DNA of 64,000 bases. Source: Veillonellales bacterium. Its GTDB lineage: Bacteria; Bacillota; Negativicutes; JAAYSF01. Location of the stretch: the NCBI GenBank assembly GCA_039680175.1, contig JBDKTO010000026.1:2721-66720 (forward strand), read 5' to 3'. The notes under the pieces are model-generated. The model saw only the letters and a program-made list of their open reading frames with translations. It made no database searches and was not told the DNA's origin. Below, one piece after another: positions 1-9,449 of this stretch (position 1 is its first letter; every line of letters begins with the position of its first letter). The translations under genes and the position numbers were made by a program.

Positions 1-1
1 T

Positions 2-763
2 GATTTGATCGTAGCTACCGGTGGCCCTGATGTAGTTAAGAAAGCCTTGAGCAGCGGTAAAAAGGCCATCGGAGCCGGTCCCGGCAACCCTCCGGCTGTA
101 GTCGATGAGACGGTAGACTTAAGCTACGCGGCGAAATGTATTGTCGATGGTGCCTCCTTTGATAACACTGTTTTGTGCATCGCTGAGAAAGTAATTATTG
201 CGGTGGATAAGATTGCGGATGAACTGTTGTTCCATTTAGAGCAAAACGGCGCTTATCTCGTAAGAGATGAGAATGACAAGGCTAGATTAGTTGATCGCAT
301 TTTACCTAATGGAGAAAAATTTGCGCCTGATATGATTGGCAAGGACGCGGCATTAATTTTAAATGCTGCCGGAATTGCGGCGAGTAATGACATCAGAATA
401 GCAGTTGCCGAATTTAATGGGGAGCATCCATTGGTAATGAAAGAACAATTGATGCCGGTAATACCTTTTGTACGAGTAAAAGATTTTGACGAAGCGTTAG
501 CTTTAGCGGTAAAGGTTGAGCAAGGTTTTCACCACACAGCTGTAATCCACAGTCAGGATGTTACGCGCATTACTCGCTATGCCAAGGCTCTCAAGGTCGA
601 TATTATGGTGGTTAACGGACCGAGCGGAGCCGGTTTGGCGGTTGGGGCCGAAGGTCACTATTCCCATACTATTTCAAGTCCCACCGGTGAAGGTATTTGT
701 ACTCCGAAAACATATACCCGGGAAGAAAGAACTGTAATTGTAGGTTCACTTTATACGGTATGA
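2..763 (+). CDS. CoA-acylating aldehyde dehydrogenase, microcompartment-associated (PduP/EutE-like); the 5' end lies outside the window
   Basis: The ORF is open to the window edge. The stretch VATGGPDVVKKALSSGKKAIGAGPGNPPAVVDETVD matches the conserved core of EutE/PduP-type ALDHs. PduS-like, PduT-like and shell genes follow directly. Confidence 0.85.
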   Translation, partial: DLIVATGGPDVVKKALSSGKKAIGAGPGNPPAVVDETVDLSYAAKCIVDGASFDNTVLCIAEKVIIAVDKIADELLFHLEQNGAYLVRDENDKARLVDRILPNGEKFAPDMIGKDAALILNAAGIAASNDIRIAVAEFNGEHPLVMKEQLMPVIPFVRVKDFDEALALAVKVEQGFHHTAVIHSQDVTRITRYAKALKVDIMVVNGPSGAGLAVGAEGHYSHTISSPTGEGICTPKTYTREERTVIVGSLYTV

Positions 764-776
764 AGAGGTGGCTGTT

Positions 777-2111
777 ATGTCTGGTACGCTTCTAGAGACT
801 ATCAAGTCAGCAGGTATTGTTGGCGCCGGCGGGGCTGGATTTCCCACCTGGATGAAACTCAAAGGCAGTCCGGAGACCATTATAGTAAACGGTGCGGAAT
901 GTGAACCATTGCTGCGTGTCGACCAAATGCTAATGGTCAAATATGCACAAGAGCTTACAGCTGCATTAGCAGCGATTGTTGAATTCACAGGAGCTAAAAC
1001 CGGTATATTCGGGCTAAAAAAAAAGTATAGTCAGGCTATCGCCCAGTTGGAATCCGCAATAAACGCACTCCAAAACTCTAACCTTAAAATATGCCTCTTG
1101 GACGATATTTATCCGGCTGGTGATGAACAGGTTTTAGTATATACCGTAACCGGAAAGCATGTTCAGCCAGGACAAATCCCTCTAAGTGTTGGGGCGGTGG
1201 TTATCAATGTTGAAACGCTGTTGAATATTTATAGGGCACTTCAAAACAAGCCGGTTACTCACAAATTTGTTACTGTAGCCGGTGCAGTTCATAAACCCTG
1301 CACTGTGAAAGTGCCGCTAGGAATGGTCATCAGCGAGCTTCTTAAAATTGCCGGCGGCCCAACCATTGATAATTTTGTGTTGATAAATGGCGGACCCTGC
1401 ATGGGAAAACAGACGCAACCTGGCGAGGTCGTAACCAAAACGACGAAGGGTATTCTGGTTTTACCGGAAGATCATCCCGTTATCATTGGCCAACGGCGAT
1501 CCTTCAGCGTAAATCTGAAACGCGCGCTAAGCGTTTGCAGTCAATGCCAGCGGTGTAGTGAATTATGTCCGCGGCATCTGCTGGGACATCCGATTCGGCC
1601 TCATATGGCTATGCGAATGGTAGCGTATGACAAACCGGATCTATCCGCTGTAAAAGAAGCAATGTTATGCTGCGAATGCGGCGCCTGCGATTTATATGCT
1701 TGTCCTTTTGAATTATCGCCAAGGCAAGTCAATCGGATGTTAAAGGAACAAATACGTAAAGCTGGCCTCAAGATCAGCTGGGTGGGCCAGGACTGTCAGC
1801 CTCATCCGGCAAGAAGCTATCGCCTTATTCCCATAAAGAGATTGATCAACCGTTTGGGGTTACATGATTATGATGTACCGGCACCCTGGTATACTGAAAC
1901 ATTTAGCATAAATGAAGTTAAGTTACCGCTTCTGCAGCATATCGGATCCCCGGCTGAACCGATTGTTAAAGCAGGCGATGCCGTTAAGACCGGACAGGTC
2001 GTTGCGGAAGTTCCAGCCAACGTATTAGGCGCCAATATTCATGCCAGCATTGACGGGGTTATTACAGCAGTTGACCGTGAAATTACCATTGGCAAGACAG
2101 GAGGCATTTGA
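777..2111 (+). CDS. pduS: PduS-like Fe-S flavoprotein (RnfC/SLBB-type NADH-binding domain plus two 4Fe-4S motifs)
   Basis: It has a GIVGAGGAGFPTWMKL nucleotide-binding motif and two Cys clusters (CSQCQRCSELCP and CCECGACDLYACP). At about 445 aa it is close to PduS in size. GAGG lies 8 nt before the ATG at 777; a GTG at 768 is an alternative start. Confidence 0.75.
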   Translation: MSGTLLETIKSAGIVGAGGAGFPTWMKLKGSPETIIVNGAECEPLLRVDQMLMVKYAQELTAALAAIVEFTGAKTGIFGLKKKYSQAIAQLESAINALQNSNLKICLLDDIYPAGDEQVLVYTVTGKHVQPGQIPLSVGAVVINVETLLNIYRALQNKPVTHKFVTVAGAVHKPCTVKVPLGMVISELLKIAGGPTIDNFVLINGGPCMGKQTQPGEVVTKTTKGILVLPEDHPVIIGQRRSFSVNLKRALSVCSQCQRCSELCPRHLLGHPIRPHMAMRMVAYDKPDLSAVKEAMLCCECGACDLYACPFELSPRQVNRMLKEQIRKAGLKISWVGQDCQPHPARSYRLIPIKRLINRLGLHDYDVPAPWYTETFSINEVKLPLLQHIGSPAEPIVKAGDAVKTGQVVAEVPANVLGANIHASIDGVITAVDREITIGKTGGI

Positions 2112-2113
2112 AG

Positions 2114-2656
2114 ATGCAGCATGCAGTAGGTGTAATTGAAATGAAAAATATAGCCAAGGCGTATCTTGTCGCAGATACTTGTTTAAAATCCGCTGCAATA
2201 ACGCTTCATGCCAAAACAATGTGCCCCGGTAAGTTTCTAATTATCGTCAGCGGTGAAATAAGTTCGGTAAAGTCATCGGTTGAGGCTGGCTGTGCGCTTG
2301 CCCGCAACGATATCACCGATTCTATCATACTGGGCAATATCGATCAAAATGTTCTGCGGGGAATGATGGGGACTGCAGCTGTTAAGGAATATGGTGCGAT
2401 TGGTGTAATTGAAACCTTCACCGTTCCCGCGGCAATCAAGGCAGCGGATATGGCAGTAAAAACCGCACAAGTAGACGTAATGGATGTTAGAACTGCTCAA
2501 GGTTTGGGCGGAAAAGGCATTGTATATATCACGGGATCGATCGGCGCAGTCCAAATGGCAGTTGATGCAGTGAGTAAAGACATTGCCGCAGAAGGCGTTT
2601 TGGTTGATGCCGTTGTAGTTTCGTCTCCTGATAAACAGTTACTATCATTGATATAA
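2114..2656 (+). CDS. pduT: Tandem-domain BMC shell protein (BMC-T, PduT-like)
   Basis: Two BMC repeats are visible (GVIEMKNIAKAY and GVIETFTVPAAIKAAD). KTMCPGKF retains the Cys that ligates the central 4Fe-4S cluster in PduT (KTICPGKF). AGGAGG lies 9 nt upstream. The track start at 2108 overlaps the pduS stop. Confidence 0.8.
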   Translation: MQHAVGVIEMKNIAKAYLVADTCLKSAAITLHAKTMCPGKFLIIVSGEISSVKSSVEAGCALARNDITDSIILGNIDQNVLRGMMGTAAVKEYGAIGVIETFTVPAAIKAADMAVKTAQVDVMDVRTAQGLGGKGIVYITGSIGAVQMAVDAVSKDIAAEGVLVDAVVVSSPDKQLLSLI

Positions 2657-2704
2657 GTGCCTCGAAGCTGTTTCTGAATCTATAAGGCGGAAGGAGGAGA
2701 ATGG

Positions 2705-3094
2705 ATGAGTGGTGCTTTAGGCCTGATTCAAGTAGAAGCTTTAAGTGCGGCTTATGCTGCTGCAGATGCGGCGCTTAAAGCAGCCGATGTTACTATAGTC
2801 GGCTTAGAACGTGTCAAGGGCGGCGGGCTGATGTTGCTGAAAATAACCGGCGACGTTGCCAGTGTGCAGGCTGCAGTTGATTCGGGATTGCTCATAGCAA
2901 GAGCAGTTGGTAAAAATGCTGTCGGACATGTGATTGCGAGAACGGCTTTACCGATTATTCCGGTTAAAACTGAAACTGAAGAATCAAAAAAAGAACAGGA
3001 AGAACCAAAAAAATCGTTAACAACGAAAGGAGATGCTACGAATGTCGAATGCGCTAGGAATGGTAGAAACAAAAGGCCTAATAGCAGCAATTGA
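2705..3094 (+). CDS. BMC-H shell protein with a charged Lys/Glu-rich C-terminal tail
   Basis: The N-terminal ~90 aa form a canonical BMC domain ([24 protein letters not shown]). The tail [16 protein letters not shown] runs 53 nt into the next shell gene. Confidence 0.75.
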   Translation: MSGALGLIQVEALSAAYAAADAALKAADVTIVGLERVKGGGLMLLKITGDVASVQAAVDSGLLIARAVGKNAVGHVIARTALPIIPVKTETEESKKEQEEPKKSLTTKGDATNVECARNGRNKRPNSSN

Positions 3095-3311
3095 AGCAGG
3101 TGACGCTATGCTGAAAGCGGCTAACGTAGAGCTGATCGGCTATGAAAAAATCGGCGGAGGCTTTGTAACGGTTATGGTACGCGGCGACGTCGGTGCGGTT
3201 AAAGCAGCGGCAGAAGTCGGCGGTCAAGCAGCACAACGCTTGGGTGAATTGATTTCCGTCCATGTAATTCCTCGTCCGCATACCGATCTTGAGAAGATTC
3301 TTCCTAAATAG
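3042..3311 (+). CDS. BMC-H shell protein (PduA/PduJ/EutM-like)
   Basis: It reads [56 protein letters not shown], a textbook hexamer shell sequence. AAGGAG lies 9 nt upstream of the ATG at 3042. Confidence 0.92.
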   Translation: MSNALGMVETKGLIAAIEAGDAMLKAANVELIGYEKIGGGFVTVMVRGDVGAVKAAAEVGGQAAQRLGELISVHVIPRPHTDLEKILPK

Positions 3312-3370
3312 ATTTTGGTCTTAAGCAACATTAAAATAAATTATTTTAAAAATGAAAGGGAGATGCAAAA

Positions 3371-3649
3371 ATGGGTAATGAAGCTTTAGGAATGGTAGAG
3401 ACAAAAGGTCTTATCGCAGCAATTGAGGCAGGCGATACGATGCTGAAAGCCGCCAATGTAGAACTGATTGGCTATGAAAAAATCGGTGGAGGCTTTGTAA
3501 CGGTTATGGTACGCGGCGATGTCGGTGCAGTTAAAGCAGCGGCTGAATCCGGTGGTCAAGCGGCACAACGTTTGGGTGAATTGATTTCCGTCCATGTAAT
3601 TCCTCGTCCGCATACCGATCTTGAAAAAATCCTGCCCAAAAGCAAATAA
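3371..3649 (+). CDS. BMC-H shell protein, near-identical tandem paralogue of 3042-3311
   Basis: The protein differs from the upstream copy at only a handful of positions. A GGGAG RBS is present. Confidence 0.92.
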   Translation: MGNEALGMVETKGLIAAIEAGDTMLKAANVELIGYEKIGGGFVTVMVRGDVGAVKAAAESGGQAAQRLGELISVHVIPRPHTDLEKILPKSK

Positions 3650-3699
3650 AATGCTGCAAAAGGTAGTGGGGGTATCTTGTAACTGAGGAGGAATTTTCT

Positions 3700-4473
3700 A
3701 TGCCGATCTTTGTTTGCTATAAGCACGGTGATATAACTCATAGCGGTATACTGACTCAATTTGGACAGCAAAAGGTTGTGGCTGAAATTGACGGCAGCTT
3801 TTATACACGATGGAGTGTAACCGGCAACTATCATCCATTGGAGGAAGTAGAACTGCAAAGCCCGTGCACCCCGACTAAGATAATCGGTGTAGGCGTTAAC
3901 TATTATAGTATGGCCAACGCCCTAGCTGTTGAGATACCGTCCACTCCTTTATTCTTCTTAAAACCGGCATCCGGAGTGACCGGACCTGATACGAACATCA
4001 TCCTTCCGGGCATTTCGCGGCAGGTGGATTATGAAATCGAGCTAGCGGTAGTTATAAAAAAGCGCGGGTACAAAATTGTTCCGTCGGAAGCCATGGATTA
4101 TATACTGGGGTATACTTGTTCCAATGATGTTACTGCCGTTGATTTGCTGGAATCCGGAAAGCCGTGGCTGCTTCCTAAGGGATTTGATACATTTACCCCA
4201 TTAGGACCTTATATTGTTAGTGATATTAATCCTGACCGGCTGTACATGGAAACTTATTTAAACAATAAGCGCTTGCAGAGCGGATCTACGCGGGACATGA
4301 TTGTCAAAATTCCCGAACTGATCGCTCATGCCTCAAATATCATGACACTTGAGTCGGGAGACGTGTTACTGACAGGTACTATTCCGGGGAAAGGAACATT
4401 GCATGCTGGGGATCAGATCGTTATCTCGATTTCGGATATCGGTTCAATGAAAAATACGGTTATTAGCTCATAA
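3700..4473 (+). CDS. Fumarylacetoacetate hydrolase (FAH) family protein (COG0179-type hydratase/hydrolase/decarboxylase)
   Basis: The core layout is typical of the family: FFLKPASGVTGPDTNIILP, VDYEIELAVVI, NDVTA, G(F)DTFTPLGP and GDVLLTGT. GAGGAGG RBS present. Confidence 0.85.
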   Translation: MPIFVCYKHGDITHSGILTQFGQQKVVAEIDGSFYTRWSVTGNYHPLEEVELQSPCTPTKIIGVGVNYYSMANALAVEIPSTPLFFLKPASGVTGPDTNIILPGISRQVDYEIELAVVIKKRGYKIVPSEAMDYILGYTCSNDVTAVDLLESGKPWLLPKGFDTFTPLGPYIVSDINPDRLYMETYLNNKRLQSGSTRDMIVKIPELIAHASNIMTLESGDVLLTGTIPGKGTLHAGDQIVISISDIGSMKNTVISS

Positions 4474-4497
4474 TGTCAGCAGACGGGGAGGGATCAT

Positions 4498-5718
4498 GTG
4501 AATATTTTAGTAATCAATTGTGGCGGATCGTCCATCAAGTATCAATTAATTGATATGGATGAAAAGCTTGTTTTAGCAAAAGGCTCAGTAGAGCAAATAG
4601 GATCCCCCAAAAGCGGTTTTAATTTTAAAAGCAACGATAATTATATTGTAAAGAAAGACATCTTTATCGCTGATCATGAGACAGGGTTAAAAATGGTTCT
4701 TACCGCATTAACTGATCCTGTATGCGGAATTATAAGCAGCTATAGCGACATAGCGGCAATCGGGCATCGCGTTGTACATGCGGGAGAAAAATTCAGTGGT
4801 TCGGTATTAATTACGCAAGAGGTTATTAATGCACTAAAGGAATGTATCGAGCTGGCGCCATTGCATAATCCGCCCAATATAATGGGAATTGAGCTGTGTG
4901 AGAAAGCTATGCCGGGTATTCCTCAGGTAGGGGTTTTCGATAATGCCCTGCATCGGAACTTAAAACCTCACGTCTATCTTTACGGACTGCCTTATCGTTA
5001 TTACAACGATTACGGTATCCGTCGCTACGGATTTCATGGAATTTCCTTTACATATATGATTGAAAGGGCCAGTGAAATAGTTAATGTACCTATTGCAAAA
5101 CAGCGCATTGTATCACTGCAGCTAGGCAGCGGTTGTACTGCCAATGCCATGAAGTGGGGCGAGTCGGTTGACGTTTCGACAGGGTTTACGCCTTGCGAGG
5201 GCCTGATTCAGTCAACCAGGTCGGGTAATATTGATCCGGCGATTATTACTCACATCATGCGAAAGTTTAATCTAAGCCCCGATCAAATGGATGATATTTT
5301 ATATAAACAAAGCGGCTGGCTAGGGCTGTCAGACACAACTGCCGATTTCAGAGACGTAGAAGCAGCGGCTGATGCAGGCAATGAACAGGCGCAGATCGCA
5401 ATTGATGCCTTTGTGTATAGTACCAAAAAGTACATTGGGGCGTATGCCGCAGCTATGGGCGGTATGGATTTGCTGGTTATTGCCGGCGGGGTTGGTGAAA
5501 AGAACGCGATGGTTCGTGCCAAAATTTGTCATGATTTAGACTTTTTGGGGATTAACTTTGATGATCAAAATAATAACCAATTGGCTGGCGAAGGTGTCAT
5601 CACCAGCGCGGCTAGTAAAGTTCCGGTAGTGGTAGTCAACACGAATGAAGAAATAATTATTGCCAGAGAGACCGCTGGGATAATGAAAACTTTAAAAGAA
5701 AGGTTTGTTAGTTCATAA
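4498..5718 (+). CDS. ackA: Acetate/propionate kinase (AckA/PduW family)
   Basis: It has NILVINCGGSSIKYQL, RRYGFHGISF and NTNEEIIIARE. The start is GTG behind a GGGGAGGG RBS. Its position at the end of a BMC operon parallels pduW. Confidence 0.88.
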   Translation: MNILVINCGGSSIKYQLIDMDEKLVLAKGSVEQIGSPKSGFNFKSNDNYIVKKDIFIADHETGLKMVLTALTDPVCGIISSYSDIAAIGHRVVHAGEKFSGSVLITQEVINALKECIELAPLHNPPNIMGIELCEKAMPGIPQVGVFDNALHRNLKPHVYLYGLPYRYYNDYGIRRYGFHGISFTYMIERASEIVNVPIAKQRIVSLQLGSGCTANAMKWGESVDVSTGFTPCEGLIQSTRSGNIDPAIITHIMRKFNLSPDQMDDILYKQSGWLGLSDTTADFRDVEAAADAGNEQAQIAIDAFVYSTKKYIGAYAAAMGGMDLLVIAGGVGEKNAMVRAKICHDLDFLGINFDDQNNNQLAGEGVITSAASKVPVVVVNTNEEIIIARETAGIMKTLKERFVSS

Positions 5719-5858
5719 AAGGGGATATATCATCGTTGATTGAATTCGTTGCAGTATATGCTTAATTATTTGAACATTTTAAATTGAATTAATTGATGTA
5801 CAGGTTGCTATCGGATAATAGGCTATCGATAAAATTATAGGTGAGGAGTGTGCTACAT

Positions 5859-7184
5859 ATGGCATCGATGATTAACAGAGGGTTAGCCGCAATTGCGATG
5901 GATAAGGCGCAAAAAAGGATTGTCCCGTTTATTTTGCTCATGTATGTACTTTCTTTTTTAGATCGTGCCAATATCGGATTTGCAAAACAAGCTTTTCAGC
6001 TTGATACGGGGGTAAGTAATGCCGCTTATGCAATGGGGGCGGGTATCTTTTTCATAGGCTACGCAGTTCTTGAAGTTCCAAGCAACATTGCTATGTATCG
6101 TTTTGGGGCAAGAATATGGTTGTCCAGAATAATGATTACCTGGGGAATTGTTGCTGCCAGCTTTGCATGGTTAACAACAGAGCCTTTGTTCTTAACCGGA
6201 CGATTCCTGCTTGGTGTTTGCGAAGCCGGGTTCTTCCCGGGCATCATCTATTACCTGACTCAATGGTTTACTGCTGAAAAACGTGGGGCTGTTACAGGCC
6301 TATTCTACATGGGCGCGCCGCTCTCGTTTATTTTCGGGGCACCGCTCTCCGGTATACTTTTAGATCTAAACGGTTTACTGGGTTTTCACGGCTGGCAATG
6401 GCTGTTTGTTGTAGAAGGCGTACTGGCCAGTATTGTAGGCGTTTGGACTTTATTTTATCTTGATGATAAGCCAAGCGATGCAAAATGGCTTAATAATGAG
6501 GAAAAATCAGCTCTTAACGCGGCAATAGATGAAGAAAATACCAATAAACCAACAGGTCATGTCGGTGCATGGAAAATTCTCGGTAATGCTAAAGTGATTT
6601 ATCTTGCCCTTATTTATTGCACAATCCAGATTAGTGTTTATGGATTTACTTTCTATTTACCCACACAGGTATCCGGTTTATTAGGGGTAAAAGTAGGTAC
6701 TATGGTTGGTGTTGTAAGTGCAATTCCCTGGTTATGCGCATTGGTCGCGACGATAATTATTCCTAAATACTCCGACCGGTCCGGTAAACGTGGCGTTTTG
6801 GCTGCTATATTAATGGTCTGCGGCGGTTTGGGGCTATACGGCTCAGCTACAAGTTCCCCGGTAATCGGCCTTATTGGATTAAGCGTTGCAATATCAGCCT
6901 TCATTACCGTCCAACCAGTTTTCTGGACAATCCCTACGAAGTTCTTAAGTGGCGTAGCCGCAGCAAGTGCGATTGCCCTTATTAACGCAGTTGGAAACGT
7001 AGGCGGCTTTATTGCGCCGAATTTAAGAGCTTGGGCGGAACAAACCATCAGTCCTTCCGCCGGTTTATTTGCCCTTGCTTCAGTATCTTTCCTGGGAGCG
7101 GTACTTTTATTTGCTGCACTTTCAATGGGAATGGGCAAATCGGAAGGAGCAAGGATCGAAGCGGTTCATAATAATAAGGTCTAA
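5859..7184 (+). CDS. rhmT: MFS transporter, ACS family, RhmT-like (L-rhamnonate/sugar-acid permease)
   Basis: FLDRANIGFAKQAFQLDTGVSNAAYAMGAGIFF and GFFPGIIYYLTQWF closely resemble E. coli RhmT (YfaV) as I remember it. It lies directly upstream of rhmD. GAGGAG sits 10 nt before the ATG at 5859. Confidence 0.72.
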   Translation: MASMINRGLAAIAMDKAQKRIVPFILLMYVLSFLDRANIGFAKQAFQLDTGVSNAAYAMGAGIFFIGYAVLEVPSNIAMYRFGARIWLSRIMITWGIVAASFAWLTTEPLFLTGRFLLGVCEAGFFPGIIYYLTQWFTAEKRGAVTGLFYMGAPLSFIFGAPLSGILLDLNGLLGFHGWQWLFVVEGVLASIVGVWTLFYLDDKPSDAKWLNNEEKSALNAAIDEENTNKPTGHVGAWKILGNAKVIYLALIYCTIQISVYGFTFYLPTQVSGLLGVKVGTMVGVVSAIPWLCALVATIIIPKYSDRSGKRGVLAAILMVCGGLGLYGSATSSPVIGLIGLSVAISAFITVQPVFWTIPTKFLSGVAAASAIALINAVGNVGGFIAPNLRAWAEQTISPSAGLFALASVSFLGAVLLFAALSMGMGKSEGARIEAVHNNKV

Positions 7185-7216
7185 TATAAATGGGTAGTAA
7201 AAGGAGGAACTTTGTA

Positions 7217-8422
7217 ATGAAATTACCAAAGATCAAAGAAATTCGCGCCTATTTTATGGGAGGAGCGACTGCGGAAAAAGGCAGTGGCGGCGGTGATTAT
7301 CATGATCAAAAAGGGAATCATTGGATTGATAATCATATTGCCACACCAATGAGCAAGTATAAAGAGTATGAACAATCCCGCCAATCCTTTGGAATTAATG
7401 TATTGGGTACCTTAATCGTTGAAGTCGAAGCTGACAATGGCATAACCGGTTTTGCAATTTCCACGGGTGGAGAGATGGGATGCTTCATTGTTGAAAAGCA
7501 CCTTAGTCGTTTTGTTGAGGGAAAATGTGTGTCCGATATTAAATTAATTCATGACCAGATGCTCAATGCAACTTGGTACTATTCCGGTGGCGGCGGTATT
7601 GTGATGAATGCGATTTCGTGTGTAGATAATGCATTATGGGATTTATATGGTAAAGTACTCGATATACCTGTTTACAAATTATTAGGCGGGGCCGTTCGGG
7701 ATGAAATTCAGTTTTACGCTACCGGTGCTAGGCCGGATTTAGCGAAGGACATGGGGTTTATTGGCGGGAAAATGCCGACTCATTACGGTCCGCACGATGG
7801 CGATCAAGGGATACAGAAAGATGCTGCTATGGTTGCGGAATTTCGTAAAAAGTGCGGCCCTGATTTCTGGCTGATGCTGGACTGCTGGATGAGTCAAGAT
7901 GTAAATTATGCGACTAAATTGGCACATGCCTGTGCGCCATACAATTTAAAATGGATTGAAGAATGCTTTCCTCCCCAGCAATATGAAAGCTACAAAGAGT
8001 TAAAACGCAATGCACCGCAAGGAATGCTGGTAACCACAGGTGAGCATCATGGTAATCTTGAATCGTTCAGAATGCTTTCGGATCTCGGGTTAGATATTTT
8101 ACAGCCTGATGTAAGCTGGTGTGGTGGCGTAACTACTTTGACTGAAATTGCAGCCATTGCCAAATCACGGGGGCAATTGGTCGTGCCGCATGGTTCTTCC
8201 GTTTATTCGCATCATGTTGTTATTACGTTTACGAATACACCATTTAGCGAATTTTTGATGACAAGTCCGGATTGCTCAGCTCTTCGTCCTCAATTCGACC
8301 CGATTCTGATTAATGAACCTGTTCCTTTAAATGGCAGAATTCATAAGACGGTTTTAGATCGTCCCGGATTTGGTGTTGAGTTGAATCGTGAGTGCAAGAT
8401 GAAGCGGGCCTATACTCATTAA
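7217..8422 (+). CDS. rhmD: L-rhamnonate dehydratase (enolase superfamily)
   Basis: [65 protein letters not shown] appears nearly collinear with E. coli RhmD (YfaW) along the whole length, judged from memory. AAGGAGG RBS present. Confidence 0.9.
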   Translation: MKLPKIKEIRAYFMGGATAEKGSGGGDYHDQKGNHWIDNHIATPMSKYKEYEQSRQSFGINVLGTLIVEVEADNGITGFAISTGGEMGCFIVEKHLSRFVEGKCVSDIKLIHDQMLNATWYYSGGGGIVMNAISCVDNALWDLYGKVLDIPVYKLLGGAVRDEIQFYATGARPDLAKDMGFIGGKMPTHYGPHDGDQGIQKDAAMVAEFRKKCGPDFWLMLDCWMSQDVNYATKLAHACAPYNLKWIEECFPPQQYESYKELKRNAPQGMLVTTGEHHGNLESFRMLSDLGLDILQPDVSWCGGVTTLTEIAAIAKSRGQLVVPHGSSVYSHHVVITFTNTPFSEFLMTSPDCSALRPQFDPILINEPVPLNGRIHKTVLDRPGFGVELNRECKMKRAYTH

Positions 8423-8437
8423 ATAATTCATTATATG

Positions 8438-8477
8438 CTCTGCTGCTCAATAACTGAGTAGCAGAGCTGGTTTTTTT
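8438..8477 (+). terminator. Intrinsic terminator after rhmD
   Basis: A 12-bp stem (CTCTGCTGCTCA / TGAGTAGCAGAG, one G-U pair), loop ATAAC, then a T7 run. Confidence 0.8.
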
Positions 8478-8635
8478 AGTGGATATACTATACGGTTATT
8501 AAATCTTTGTTTATATTGCACAGCAGCCGCCGTATTACACCTAGGTGATTCATTTATTGCAAATTAATTGGGTGAAGTGGTAAAATATTATTATAACCAA
8601 CGGTAAAAATATTCATTTATAGGGGGCTCTCGACA

Positions 8636-9262
8636 ATGAAGGATCAATTTTCGCTTTTAAAGGAAAAAGCAGTAGAGTATTTCAGTTTTATGGCCATTAC
8701 TGCGATAGTATTACAAGCTCCTTTTATTGATATTTTAATATTGAAGAATCCCATTACGGAAATTTCTTTGACAGAATGTTTAGGGGAATTTTTTTTGGCC
8801 GTTATTATTGGTATTTATACTTATCTTGCGATTCGATGTCCCAAAATTCGGTACGGTATGATTTTAATCGCTGGATTTTTTACCTGTATGTTAATTCGTG
8901 AGTTTGATTTTTTCTTTGACAGTATTTCGGTATCATGGTGTTATATTGCAATGGCCATTACCGTAGTTTGCATTATCTTAGCCATCAAAAACAAGGAAAG
9001 TACGGTGCGTGGTTTAGCTGATTTTTGCCGGGGAAAATTTTACTTCATTATGGTTTGCGGGTTAGTGAACCTCTTCGTTTTTTCCCGTCTGCTTGGCATG
9101 GGACTATTATGGCGCCATCTCCTCGGAGATTTTTATGTCCGCATAGTAAAAAATGCAGTGGAAGAAGCCACTGAATTATTTAGCTATACCCTTTGTCTAA
9201 TCGCCTCTGTAAAATATGCTCGTGTTACTTTGAGCAGGAAGTTCGGTAATTCAGCCATATAG
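8636..9262 (+). CDS. Hypothetical polytopic membrane protein
   Basis: A 208-aa ORF with several hydrophobic segments and a GGGGG-type RBS. I recognise no family. Confidence 0.5.
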   Translation: MKDQFSLLKEKAVEYFSFMAITAIVLQAPFIDILILKNPITEISLTECLGEFFLAVIIGIYTYLAIRCPKIRYGMILIAGFFTCMLIREFDFFFDSISVSWCYIAMAITVVCIILAIKNKESTVRGLADFCRGKFYFIMVCGLVNLFVFSRLLGMGLLWRHLLGDFYVRIVKNAVEEATELFSYTLCLIASVKYARVTLSRKFGNSAI

Positions 9263-9362
9263 TGAATATATATCTGAAGAGGGTATAATTAATAAAGTAT
9301 AAGTACGGGACAGAGTGGGGCAGTAGAATGAGACAATATTCCTGTATAGCGACAGATTTATC

Positions 9363-9391
9363 TTGACAACGTTACACAAGAATACTATAAT
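9363..9391 (+). promoter_or_regulatory. SigA-type promoter of the aro operon leader
   Basis: TTGACA, a 17-nt spacer, then TATAAT. Both hexamers match consensus exactly. Confidence 0.7.
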
Positions 9392-9449
9392 TTTATTATT
9401 GTAGTATTCTATTGTGATATATAGATCATGTTCAGAGGGGAATGTTATC

